In this document: piece by piece, positions 1 to 11,478 of the stretch
How positions within the stretch are numbered: the stretch's first letter is position 1
Layout of the letters: the number at the start of each line of letters is the position of its first letter
Origin: Camelus dromedarius
Taxonomy: Eukaryota
Assembly: GCF_036321535.1 (NCBI RefSeq)
Contig: NC_087436.1
Location: forward strand, 91,452,001-91,516,000
Length of the DNA stretch: 64,000 bases
Direction: 5' to 3'
Notes under the pieces: generated by a model
What the model saw: the letters and a program-made list of their open reading frames with translations, nothing else
Told to the model about the DNA's origin: nothing
The model's database searches: none
Program-made: the position numbers and the translations under genes

Positions 1-375
1 AACAATCTTTGTAGAAACAGACCAACCAGGAGTGAGAGAAATAACCAATCAGGAGTGAGGGGAATGGACCAATCAGGAGTGAGAGAAATAACCAATCAGG
101 CATGAGCTCCATGCAAATGAAGTACTACAAATGGACCAATCAGAAGTTAGGGAAGTGGACCAATTAGAAGTGAGAGTAATAACCAATAATGAGTGAAGGA
201 AATAACCAGTCAGAAGTGAGCTCAGGGAACTAATAGAATTTTAGGGGTAAGTAAGCCCTTTCAGAGGCAAAAAGTGAGATAGAGCCTCTGGGCCAGGGAA
301 CTGGATGGTGCTAGCAGGAGGGTAGTGGCCCTGCTTGGGGGTCCTACTGGTCTTTTTATGGGGCTTCCCACCTCA
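1..375 (-). mobile_element. ERV LTR (ERV1-like), 5' part, runs off the window edge
   Basis: The reverse complement begins TGAGGTGGGAAGCCC at 375 and aligns along its length with the solo LTR starting at 55776. It has ~23-bp repeats carrying CCAAT and an ATGCAAAT at 111-118. Confidence 0.85.
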
Positions 376-1899
376 AGACCTCAGATGCATGTGACTTTAA
401 CTAGTAAGCAAATATTAGTCTAACCTATTTTTAGATCTGGCTTCCTTCCTACTTTTAAAAGCAGCTGGCTTCTGGAATCCTGAAACTTTTACCAGTTTTG
501 AGTTGTGAATCATGTTGCTTTTCTTTTTCTTTCATTTCTCCCCAAACTGGCTTAGAATTCAACTTTCTTAGTTATATCAACTAGCCTTTTTTGTTTCTAG
601 ACTCTAAAATGTTGCTATATGTTCTTGATCTCTTTGTCTTGGGGGTTTATGACTTTAAAAATCCATTCACTTTGATTTTAGTGGAGCTCTTGGAACAGAT
701 GAAGGTAAATGGGTGTGTAAAATCTTCTATCTTTAGTTAGCTAGGTTTTATCTTCATACTGATATAGCAGAGTTGAAAATATTATTCTCTGTCAATGTTT
801 TATCATTTTTTTTTAATGCCATCAGTAAAAGGGAGGAGAGAGAGCATGGAGATGTCTGGTCCTGAAACTATCCTGGAGCGAGGCGGTGCTGCCAATCATT
901 GGAAGCTACATTCAGTCAGGAAGCAATGAAGTCTCTTGGATCTGGGAACTAGAACATTGATCAGAAGGATGAGCTGCAGGACTAGACAGAAGAAGGGAGT
1001 GAAGAGACTTGCGAGATTAGAAAAGGTTGTGTGAAATTTTAACAGTTATTATGAATGGGGACATTTCGGGGAGGGTGTAGATCAGTGTTTATGAATAATT
1101 TCTGTGATGTTTTAGTTGCAAAATTGCCTAGTTAGTGTCCCAGGATTGCCTTTTTAATTAATCAACAGTAGTGATTTTCCACTTTTCTTCAAGATACTTG
1201 GAATCGTATTTATGTTTCTTTTCATGTGGCTTCATCGTGATGGACCATGTGTTATCCTGCTTTCCAGTCAAGTGATGGATACACTTTAATTGTGATACAC
1301 TTGCTTCCTTCAGAGTAATTCCAGATAACATGTTAAAATTCAGATATATTTATATACTATATCTAAACGTATAGAGTAAATTTCAAAACAGATAATGAAT
1401 AGATGGGGAAAAAACACCTAGCTAACATTGTAGTACCTCTTTTTGAGGAAAATGTGATGTGTGGCAAGCTCTCATTTCCCTGTAAGGGAAGCCTGGTGCC
1501 CACAAAAGTCTTATGGGGAAGAAGGAGAAATAGACAATGTTATCAACAGTTTATCTAAAAAAGCTTTATTACTGTATTTCTCTTTGTATTGCACTGTTCT
1601 GTGTTATTACATTGCATGATTATTCCTTCTTCTGGATCTTTTTACTCCTATTTTCTCTGCCCAATAATACTCTCTTTAATATGCATTTTATGTATAAACA
1701 TATTATAAAACATACTTTCTGAAATATGTATCAAACCTTATAATTGAATGCTATTCATACTTCATGCTATTTTCTGCTTTTCTATCACTTGAATTTATTA
1801 AGAACACTGGTCTGTTCAAGATTCCCACTTTTTCAATTTTGGCATTTTACAGTGATTCTAATGGTTCATTTCTCTGGCCTATGTTAATAAACTCACTGA

Positions 1900-3300
1900 T
1901 GTACAATATTAATATGTCATTTCATAATTCTTTTAATCTTGATCATCTGTACTATTTTCTTATTTTCATTTGTTTTATTTTCTTATTCCCTTATCTTATT
2001 TTTTTATTCTTTCCTGGAAGATTTTCTGTTACTGATTTTTCCAAAGATCTTTCCCTTTTATCCTCTTTTAAAAATATATGTAATTAATTGCTGCTCACAT
2101 TTATTATTTCCTTTCTTTCTTACTCTTCTGGTTTTCTTTATTCCTCTCCCACTGTCTTCTTGAATTGAATATTCATTTGTTTTCAGTTTTTTTTTCCTGA
2201 TAAATAAATTTAAAGCTGCAAATATACCTTTAAGGATTATATCAGCTGTATCCCATACATTTAATTTGAGTATTTTCACTTTATTACATTTCTGAATATT
2301 TTGTAATTTTTCTTTTGATTTCCTATTCAATAAAAAGTTAATTGATTAGTTTGCAAAGTATGTACTTATTTTTTCGTTATTTTTTAAATTTTTAAGTTCT
2401 GTTACATAGGGTTGGAATTCAGAGTATTTGTTCTATTACAGTTTTAGCATTTATAAAATTTCTTTTTGGACTAGATCATCACTGACTTTTGCTTATGTTA
2501 CACATGTACAGGAGTTCTCTGTTAATCAAATGTATGTAACATTTATATACATATATGCATACACACAAAATATATGAATGTATACAGTGAATTTATTAAT
2601 TGTGATGTTTAAGTCTAGTACAATTTTATTTAATATTTTTTTCTGCATGATCTTTCAGCTTCTTAGAGGAATGTATTAAAAATCTAAATACAAATGTTGA
2701 TTTATCTATTTCTCCCAGTGGTTCTCTAAGTTGCTGCTTTGTTTATTTTTGAAGTTCTGTTGTTATGAGCATATAATCATGATCACTACATTTGATAAAG
2801 TTTTATGTCTTTTTACTAATATATAATATTTTTATTACTTTATTTTACCTTAGCCTTAAGTTTTACGTGATATTATGTGGAAGTTTTACTTTTCCTGTGA
2901 TTCATAATTGCCTGAATATTTTTTTTCTGTTCCCTATTTTCATTCCTTTTTCATCATTTTGTGTATCTTTTATAGCACACACTGCTGGGTCTGTTTTTAA
3001 GGTTTTCTTTTAATCTGAGCATCTCTCTGTTTTGATAAGTGTATTTAATCCACTTACATATATTACAAATACATTACATTGGAATACTTCTCCCATCTTA
3101 TTTCATTTCTATTTACTACATTAAAAATTTTTTAGTCCTATCTTTCCTTCCATTGGTTAGATTAAAATTTACTCTTCTGTTTTAAAGATAATACTGTCAA
3201 ACTAAATTGTGCGTGTGTGATTATCTGTCACTTACTAAGACACATAGTCATATTCACATTATTTTGTATGTTTCTTAAAATTATCAATATCCTGATCTTT
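1900..3300 (-). mobile_element. Old LINE-1 (L1M) ORF2-region remnant
   Basis: Very T-rich, with antisense L1 motifs such as TTTAAAGCTGCAAATATACCTTTAAGGATTATATCAGCTGTATCCCATACATTT (~2209-2262). Boundaries approximate. Confidence 0.6.
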
Positions 3301-4339
3301 AGACAAAGGAAATATATTTAAGAACACTCTACTTTCCTTTGGTCCCTTCCCCTGGGCCGTATTTTCTTCTGTTGTGTCTCCAGGGTCAGGCTAGGCAATA
3401 GACTTTGCATGCTGTGCTAGTTTGTCATCCTCCCAGCATTGGGAGTCTACAAGGTCCCTCTAAGATATGTGAGAGGCATTAGAAGTCTTTAAACAAACCA
3501 ACCAATAAATAAGTAAAACAATGACTCTCACATCCCCAAATCCTTAATTAGAAGCATACTTATTTAAGCAATAAATATAGGAATATATTTCCAGAATAAG
3601 CATGTAAGATTACATGTGCTATTATTGGAAAGAGTGTAGGTGATTAGAAGTTTCATTTACAAATTGATTTTAATGAAAATTTTGGTTTGAACATCTTTTG
3701 TTATCCTTAACCAATTAAATGGAAAGAAAATGAAAACTTGGACAGAATGTGATAGGGCCTCGTCTAGGAAATCCACAACCTACTGGACACATATATATAA
3801 TATACATATGTACTCATGGATGGGTGGAGGGGGCACAGGAAGGCAAACTTTACCTACTGTCCAACTACGAGCAGAGATTTCTGTGGCAAGTGGTGAAATG
3901 CTATCACTCTTGTGCCCACCAGTGACTTTCTTCATGCAATATGAATCTTCATAAGTCTTAGAACTACTTACATAATGCTAATACATGATATAAATGTGGA
4001 CTGAAGTTATTAAAAATTAGGCCACCCAATCCATCAACTGGAATTAACAAAGGGTATCACTAAATTGTTAATGGTTCATAATAATAGTGATTTATTATCT
4101 TGATTAACATAAAAACTCCACTGTCCCGTTCTTCTTAAACAAAAGCAAAAAAATACATCTAATTTCCTTCCATTTATTGTTTGGTAGCCCATGAATTATT
4201 TTTATTGCGTTTATTTAGTTTCTGTTTGATCAGCATTACCCTCCTTCTCATGTCTTCCCTCCTCCTCTTGTCTTCCCTCCTCCTCCTTCCTTTGGGGGCT
4301 GCTCCTTGTTTTTAACCCCAGCTGCTCCAGTGGAAAGCA

Positions 4340-4797
4340 CTAAATATTCACATAATCCACTCTCTCACCACATCTGCCTGGGACTGAGCTGTATAGTTAT
4401 CAAAAACAATTACGGATCTGCTCTAGGACAGTAATACTGGGAGCTAGGAAAAAGAGCCAGCCTACTGATGGCAGAAACCCTGGAATGGGAGGGTCTCAAA
4501 CTGTTTGTACCTGTGTTTCCCACCAGGTAGGGAAACTGGAGAAACAAAACCGACATAATTTAGAGAGAAAGGGAAGAAGGGAGAGAGAAGGAGAGAGAGA
4601 ACAAGAGAGAGAGTGTTTGTGGGAGAGCAGGTTCTAGTCCTTGGTTCTAGTTATTTCCAAGCCCAGTTGCTTCTCTGCCATCCTCTCACGTTATTTGGTC
4701 TTCCCTCCCATCACCTCTGTAATGCACTGGATTCTCTTCACTCCCTAAACTAAGTTCAGTTTCTGTTACCTGTGATCAACACTCTCCTGACTAATAT
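4340..4797 (+). mobile_element. Ancient ERVL-class solo LTR (LTR16/LTR33-like)
   Basis: The terminus TTTCTGTTACCTGTGATCAACACTCTCCTGACTAATA resembles the recalled LTR16/33 3' end; GA-rich interior. Confidence 0.5.
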
Positions 4798-5039
4798 GCT
4801 TAATCTTTATGCAGCAGAAATTCCCAACATCTAATTATGTGAGATTTCACAAAGCAGATGGTCATAGCTCAGGAGACACAGGAATAGAGACTGTCTAGTT
4901 AACTAATTTGAGTGATAGCTCAGCCAAGTGGGCATCTATTTCATAGAAGTGATCATCAATCTACAGGTCATAAAGCCCACAAGGAAGGTAAGAAATCACA
5001 AACACATACACTTTCAAATAAATTTACATGCATAAATTA

Positions 5040-5068
5040 TGTGTGTGTATGTGTGTGTGTGTGTGTGT

Positions 5069-5100
<32 letters not shown>

Positions 5101-5107
5101 AGTGTGT
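5040..5107. repeat. (TG)n microsatellite, interrupted
   Basis: Directly visible TG run of about 30 units. Confidence 0.95.
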
Positions 5108-5139
5108 TTGAGAGGCTTAATAATCCTCTAGATAACAAG

Positions 5140-5310
5140 TGTTAATAATCTAGATTCCGACCTGGAATCATGAATCAAATCCAAGCTTTTCCATTTACCA
5201 GGAGAGAAATTTAGGCATGTTACTGACCCTTTCTGTGCCTCGTTATCAATGGCAATTATAACAGCAATAATTTGAAGACTTTTTGGAGTAGCTGTGAGGT
5301 TTAAGTGACT
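5140..5310 (+). mobile_element. MIR SINE remnant
   Basis: Core-like TTTAGGCATGTTACTGACCCTTTCTGTGCCTC...GTAGCTGTGAGGTTTAAGTGA. Confidence 0.6.
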
Positions 5311-7721
5311 AGATACATAGAGACGGGTATGGATATGGATATAGATACACATCAGATGGAGCAGTGCCCTGGAAGAGGGAGTGCTGGACAGTCTCACTGA
5401 CTATTTTCAATATGCTAGCCTCCGTATCTTCCTCCTATGACAAGAGGAAGAGTTGAATACTCTCATTCTCTTTTCCTAAAAGCACACTTAGAATTCCCAT
5501 CAATAATTCTTTCCTGAGCTACATCCTACCACCCCTATCTCTGGTGAACTTCTTTCACAAAACAACTAAACAGCAAAAAAACTGGAAATAGTCACCAAAA
5601 TTGCCTTTTTGGCGACAGTTACTACAGGGTATTTATTTATTTCATTTTTAACTTGGGATTTTGCGTTGACATTTTCTTGTATCTGCACTGCCATTACTTG
5701 TGTGATTTATCCTTCTAAAACACATTAATAATAGGATATACAAAATTTTTTGTTCTGCAAAATTGCAGAAGACAGAATCCATGAGTTTAGCTTTCAGTGT
5801 ACGCTGTCCAGTGCAAACAGAATTGATGGGTATTTAATAGGTTGCATTTAAGAACAAAAAAAGGCTAGTGCCAGAGATTACACTTCTTAAACCAAATTGA
5901 GAGTAAATAGACCTGCAAATTCATTTAATATATGTTATTTAAAGTGTACTCTCTCTCAATACATATAAATTTTAAAACTATTTAACAACCATTCAAACAA
6001 TATATTTTAATGCTCTAAGATTAAGTCAGTTTATAACATAATTTCAGAAGGTCATCTTTGTCTCAGAACATTTATTTTGTATTATATAAATCATTATGTA
6101 TTACTTCCTATCTGGTCAAAAGTAGCTGTAGGAAAAGACTGATGTTTTATCACCATATAGACTTTTATTAATTCTACAAGAGATGAAATAGAATATGAGT
6201 ATGGATGTGTTGATATGACTTCAAATATCCAAAATATGATATTTTTGTCATTCCATACATACATTTATATTTTAAGGACATGTATTTATATGAACTAATT
6301 TTAAGAAGTTTAACATAAATATGACTAAATTAAAAAAAGCATTAAATGATTTCTTTTTAATGGGAGAAAATAAAAAGTAGAGGAAAAATTCAGGTTAAAA
6401 AAGCTTAAGAACATCTGAAAAAAGAAAATGGAAGTAGAATCAGGCAAAATTCAACAAATCTGTGACAAACTTGTGTTATCATTAATGTTACAAAATTTTT
6501 AGAGAAAGAGATGGAGTTAAAAAAATTAGAGCTTTAGTGATTAGGAAACTGAGTGATCTGATTTATGTCATTCTCAACGTAAGATTTACAGTGAGTTTTG
6601 AATATGGAAATATGTGACTAGAGAAAAGTTCATAAAAGGACTGAGGAGATCAAATCAGTGTCACACAGATTTAACCAGCCAGCCCTATTTGAGAAATGGG
6701 ATCTAGTTTTAGCCCAGTGAAATATACACATCTCCTTAATTCATATTCTCAGAGTAAAATCCTGGAAGCCCTTTGGAGTCTCTCTTTATCTGTAAATAGT
6801 GTTCAAATCTCCTTATTTCAACCGTAAACTCCTTGTTAGCTTTCTTCGATATTTAAAAATAATTTTTGCTGTGTATAATGATGTTAGGACAAAAGTAAAA
6901 AAAAAAAACTGCAAAATTTCCCTTTCGCTGTTAAAATTATATCATCTTCAGTAAGTTTTTTAAACATTTAATTTAGAATATTCTTACCCAGTCAGACGTG
7001 TTTCTAATTTTCCCAATATACTTGACATGTCTGTAATACCCCATGTGATTAGAAAGTGGAACAGTGACTACAGACCTAAATTTAATCACTGCCTGTCATC
7101 CTAATCCACAGTCTGGGAGTGAAGGTAATTGATGTGTGTAGGGCAATCAGAATAAGCCCAAATACTAAGTTATGTATTTGTTGCAGCTGTGCCACAAAGT
7201 CCGTTATCTGGTATGTTGATAAATTTTAAATTCTCCTTGCAGGGAAGATGTGCTTCTAATAACTCTGGCTTCCTGGTGAAATTAGGCTTTAGAAACATGA
7301 TTCCAATATGTACTTACTTTTGACCCTGTGTAAGAAGATAATCTTTCTGTATCCGGAGCTAAATATTTCCTGAGTATTAAGTATTTAAAGTACTGTATTT
7401 CTCAGGAATACGGATGGATAGAAAACTGCCAACAGTCCTAGAATATTTTCATATGAATTTTTAGTCCCCTTTTCATCATTAAATTGGAAATTGACATCTC
7501 ACTGGTGCATTTAAATTTCAACTGGCGACAATATGGAGACGGTGAACAAAAACACATGGGGACAAATGGCTGAAGGGAAAAGAAATAAGACGTGGTACAT
7601 GACTTCCAGGTATCCTAGCTCTACCTCTCCTCCTAGGTCGTGAATTTTTAATTAGAAATGTGGGACAGAAAAGACCTAGAGGGGTGCAGCAGGAACTGTT
7701 TAATTTGTACATCCCTAACAG

Positions 7722-7804
7722 CCACGACGGAAATCTCTTCAAGATGCACTGCTGTCAGTCCGCCTCCAGCATACAAAAAGGCTAGATCATCAAAGTTCAT
7801 TTTG
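7722..7804 (+). CDS. Candidate coding exon (83 nt) of an unrecognised small-exon gene; PRRKSLQDALLSVRLQHTKRLDHQSSF in frame 0
   Basis: Acceptor tttgtacatccctaacAG, donor TTG|gtatgt, and 3 CpGs in a CpG-poor background. Frame 0 ends in phase 2, matching the only open phase of the next two exons. A second frame (ATTEISSRCTAVSPPPAYKKARSSKFIL) is also open. Confidence 0.45.
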
Positions 7805-8239
7805 GTATGTTTGGGTGTATTGAAAAATAAAATGCTTTTTCCTGTGAAAAGATAATAATGGCATTATAATATTAAAAGTGACAATTAGTTTTTCTAAGCC
7901 AGGCAGCATAATCTACTCTACTATATAGTTCAACAGTGGGCTAAATAATACTATAGAATCCGGCTAAGATTTATAAAATTAATTCCATGAAAAATGTTTT
8001 CGATTTCTAACCTGCTCTTTGAAAAAATGTATCTTCTCCTCTGATTTGGCAGTGAGGTGTCTCGAATTGGTCGTTCCAGTGGATGATCTACAGATTTGTC
8101 CAATCTGTAGACTTGTATGCTTAAGGTTGTTAGAACCACAACGAATGAACTCAAAGGCAAGTCATTGTTTCCCCCTGATGCTGTGTGTTCCTATGAAAAT
8201 GATGGCACTTGGAGTTGGTAACATTGTGTAACAGAAAAC

Positions 8240-8325
8240 ATAACCTACAGTTGACAGCTGAAGAAGCAAACTTAGAGCAAGGAAGTGATTTGCCAAGGAT
8301 CACACAGCTAGTAAAGCGATGGATC
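8240..8325 (-). mobile_element. MIR SINE core fragment
   Basis: GAAGTGATTTGCCAAGGATCACACAGCTAGTAA matches the antisense MIR core. Confidence 0.65.
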
Positions 8326-8326
8326 A

Positions 8327-8469
8327 GATCTGGGCTAGCTGCATAGGAATTTGAGAGGCCCATTGTAAAGTGAAAATGGGAGGCCCCTTATTCAAAAAGT
8401 ATTCAGAACTCAGGGGGAAAAAAGACTTCATTTCTTCCACAGGTTACCTTTCCAGCTGTCATGGTGTTG

Positions 8470-8503
<34 letters not shown>

Positions 8504-8912
8504 GCAATTTGATGTCATGTTCTTTAGGGCATGGGGATTTCCTGGGAAGAGGGCAGCAGACCCTGAAAGTCCTACCCCCTGTCCTGTAACAGTATGGGGT
8601 GGGTCATGTACCTAGACACCCCACCTCTCCTCCCCGACCATGGGCAGAGAGTTATGGCAGATACTGTGTGGGGGCAAGTGGCAGAGAACCCACTCAGGGG
8701 AAGCAAGGAGGTGGGATGGGCGTGGAGGCAGATCGCGTGTGAGCCAAGGCTGGAAGTCCTCCATGGTCCCATCAGACTTCACTTACAAAACACAGATTCA
8801 AAAATAAAGTTAAGAATTTCAAGACAGCTACTGCACAGCATGAACTCCCAGGTTTGGGGCCTCCGGAGCATGGGTTCCTGTGAAGGTCACATGCGTCTGT
8901 GATCCTATTCAG
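8327..8912 (-). mobile_element. hAT-Tip100 non-autonomous DNA transposon (MER91/Zaphod-like)
   Basis: The left end GGCCCATTGTAAAGTGAAAATGGGAGGCCCCTTATTCAAAAA and the right part TAAGAATTTCAAGACAGC...GGGGCCTCCGGAGCATGGG match the recalled MER91 antisense sequence. GC-rich interior. Confidence 0.65.
8464..8504. repeat. (GTT)n microsatellite
   Basis: Visible GTT run; it explains the poly-Leu in ORF 8370..8615. Confidence 0.95.
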
Positions 8913-8990
8913 GACACTAAACTTGATTATTTCATTTCAGATTTTTATATTTTGCATCATTGTAACTGCCTTTCTAGCTTGAGTGGCCTT

Positions 8991-9172
8991 CTTATTTATT
9001 ACATTTTTTTAATCACTTTTGCTATTCTTTTTCTTGACAGTTTTTTGTTTTTTGTTTTTTTTATGGAGAAAGGGATTAGGTTTATTTATTTTTTTAATGG
9101 TGGTACTGGGGATTGAACCCAGGACTCCGTGCATGCTAAGCATGAACTCTACCACTGAGCTACACCCTCCCT
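8991..9172 (-). mobile_element. tRNA-derived SINE (camelid Vic-1-like) with 14-bp TSD
   Basis: Antisense tRNA-like head GGGAGGGTGTAGCTCAGTGGTAGAG...CTGGGTTCAATCCCCAG with a T-rich tail. GCTTGAGTGGCCTT is repeated at 8977-8990 and 9173-9186. Confidence 0.9.
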
Positions 9173-9406
9173 GCTTGAGTGGCCTTTTTAAAGTGTAGCA
9201 TTTTCATGGAGAGGGACTGAGATCTGAGATCTTAGACCAGAGAGTGCTGGACAAATGGTTCATAGATTCTGGCTTTTGAATTTACTCCAAAGGCATGCTC
9301 TTCACATTCTTGCTATCAGCAACTCTTGACTCCTCTTAGCCAAGCAGCCCCTGGGCTCTTGACATCATAATACTCACCAGGCACAAAATATATATTACAC
9401 TTGAGA

Positions 9407-9510
9407 TTTTTTTTTTAATTGAAGTATAGTCAGTTACAATGTGTCAATTTCTGGTGTACAGTACAATGTCCCAGTCATGCATATACATACATATATTAAT
9501 TTTCATATTC
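9407..9510 (-). mobile_element. Short L1 3'-end fragment
   Basis: Poly-T followed by AATTGAAGTATAGTCAGTTACAATGTGTCAATTTCTGGTGTACAG, a typical antisense L1 3' UTR end. Confidence 0.75.
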
Positions 9511-9598
9511 TGGGACATCTTGACAATTAACTTGTTGAAAGTGTCAGAAGTAGAAGTTAGCTTTCAATTTCATGTATAACACTTATTTCTTTCACCAG

Positions 9599-9646
9599 GC
9601 AGCCTTTGTCTCATCTGGCTTTGAATGCCTATGATAGATCCATCAG
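9599..9646 (+). CDS. Candidate coding exon (48 nt); (W)QPLSHLALNAYDRSI(R)
   Basis: Acceptor acttatttctttcaccAG, donor CAG|gtaccc. Length is a multiple of 3 and it is stop-free only in phase 2. Confidence 0.5.
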
Positions 9647-9827
9647 GTACCCCATCCATGTGGTAACTTCTAGTTATATTTATATATGTGATGGAACATA
9701 GGTACAAATCAGGAGAAGGAATATGAAATGGAAATACCAGTCATATCAGGCTTAATAAATGAACTAATTAACATACTTTCTCAAGAAGATATTGATAAAA
9801 TTTGCTTCGCTGTGTTTGTTTTATTAG

Positions 9828-9860
9828 GTGGCAGTCATATTTTGACAGAAAGGATTTAAG
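9828..9860 (+). CDS. Candidate coding exon (33 nt); (R)WQSYFDRKDL(R)
   Basis: Acceptor tgtgtttgttttattAG and consensus donor AAG|gtaagt. Length is a multiple of 3 and it is stop-free only in phase 2. Confidence 0.55.
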
Positions 9861-10489
9861 GTAAGTGTGCTTGGTTCCGTTAATGAAAACAGGTATTTAC
9901 GCTTTTCCTTGGAAAACTTCTGGCCTTTGAAACATCAGATATCTAAATATACTGTCAATTTGCTTACCGATACTTTCTCAGCTCTATAAGCAGTTTGTGC
10001 TCATCTTTGTTTTTATCGTAAAGGTGACAGGCATTTTAATGGTCCTGGCTTGATCTAGAATAATAGTTATAGCTTTTTCCCTGTCTCTCAAAAGCACTCT
10101 AAATTTGTAAGTAAAGGAAGATAGTTAAGATTGACTGCACTTTCCAAATTTGCTGAGATAGGATTTTCTAAATATTTTATGTACTCAGGTGCATGTGGAA
10201 AGTTGTAGAACTGCAGTATTTATTTTGGAAGGAATTAAAAAGCCAGCTCTGTCTATGATTGACTCTAATTGTTTCTGTTTTATAGAGGTAGATATCTGAA
10301 GGTGGTATGACTTTTTAATCTTTCCATCATTTTCCCTCCTAATTGCCTAATTGATCTACCTTAGTTGTATTAGTTGTATTAAAAATAAAGCTCCATTTCG
10401 AATGACCTCTCTGTATTATCTCTGCAAATCAACAACAACAAAAAAAATTAGGAGGTGGAAATGAAATATAAATGCTTCTGCTTCTTCAG

Positions 10490-10697
10490 ATTTATGCAAT
10501 CAGAATATTCTAGAGTAGGGAACCAAGAATATGCAGAAATAATTCATTCCTTTAATGATTACTATGAAGTCAACGCAAATCAAGCATATCTTTTTACTCA
10601 AACTCATGGAATCTTTCTTCTACTCTTCTTCGCAAGATCATCACATGATTGCTTTCTTATATTATTCAGGTCTCATATTACACGTCCTTTTTCTTGA
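10490..10697 (+). CDS. Candidate terminal coding exon; (R)FMQSEYSRVGNQEYAEIIHSFNDYY...RPFS*
   Basis: Acceptor tgcttctgcttcttcAG. Phase-2 entry joins the open frame of ORF 10455..10697. The true 3' boundary is uncertain. Confidence 0.35.
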
Positions 10698-10951
10698 AGA
10701 ATTTTTCCCGAACAATCTAGGTAAATGGGCACCTCCATTCCATAGCCCATCTGGGTCAAAATCCATTAACTTGTTAACTTGTTTTTTTGTATTAACTTGA
10801 TATTATCTGGTTTATTTATTTTTAAATGTGTTAATTGTAAAAATCTCAGGAGAAATTAAGTTTCATAGGAGATCTTCCCCTATTATTTATTGCTGCATTC
10901 CTATAACTAGAATGGATCTGATTCATAGTAATAATATTAAAAAATACTTCT

Positions 10952-11478
10952 TGAGGAGAGTGATGTCAGCATCATGGTGTCATAAGACTCAAACAAAAAA
11001 TATTAGAACTAAGCAACTGATTCAGTAAAATTCATTCAACATACAGAAATCAGTTGCATCTCTAATATAATAATCATAACAAAATAGGTGAAAAAAGAAA
11101 TAAAGAAAACAATTCCACACAGAAGAACACTAATAACAATAAAATATTCAATAATAAATTTAGCCAAGGAGGTGAAAGATCTGTACAATGAAAACTATAG
11201 GACTTTCATGAAAGAAACTGAAGACAAAAACAACGGAAAGATAACGTGTGTTTGTGGCTCAGAATAATTAGCACTGTTAAAATGTCAGTACTACCGAAAG
11301 CCATCTATAGATTCAAAGCAATCCCTATCAAAATTCCAATGGCATTTTTCACAAAAATAGAAAAAAAAATCCTAAAACTGTTATGGAAACACAGACTCCA
11401 AAGAGCCGAAGGAGTCCTGAAAAATAAGAACAAAGCTGGAAGCATCACCTTCTTATTTCAAACTATGTTATAAATCTA
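10952..11478 (+). mobile_element. LINE-1 ORF2 fragment preceded by an L1 5'-terminus-like motif
   Basis: ORF 11246..11473 contains [29 protein letters not shown], an L1 ORF2 motif. Confidence 0.85.

Noticed and set aside
20..235. Regularly spaced ~23-bp repeats resembling a CRISPR array
   Set aside because: There are no unique spacers and no cas genes. They are the tandem CCAAT units of an ERV LTR also present at 55776.
1537..3013. Hydrophobic Phe/Leu/Ile-rich ORFs resembling membrane proteins
   Set aside because: Compositional artefact of T-rich antisense L1.
8087..8111. 10-bp perfect hairpin TCTACAGATT/AATCTGTAGA
   Set aside because: Short enough to arise by chance in 64 kb.
9100..9172. 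tRNA-like sequence (also 24755-24826)
   Set aside because: It has an AT-rich tail and a TSD, so it is a SINE head rather than a tRNA gene.
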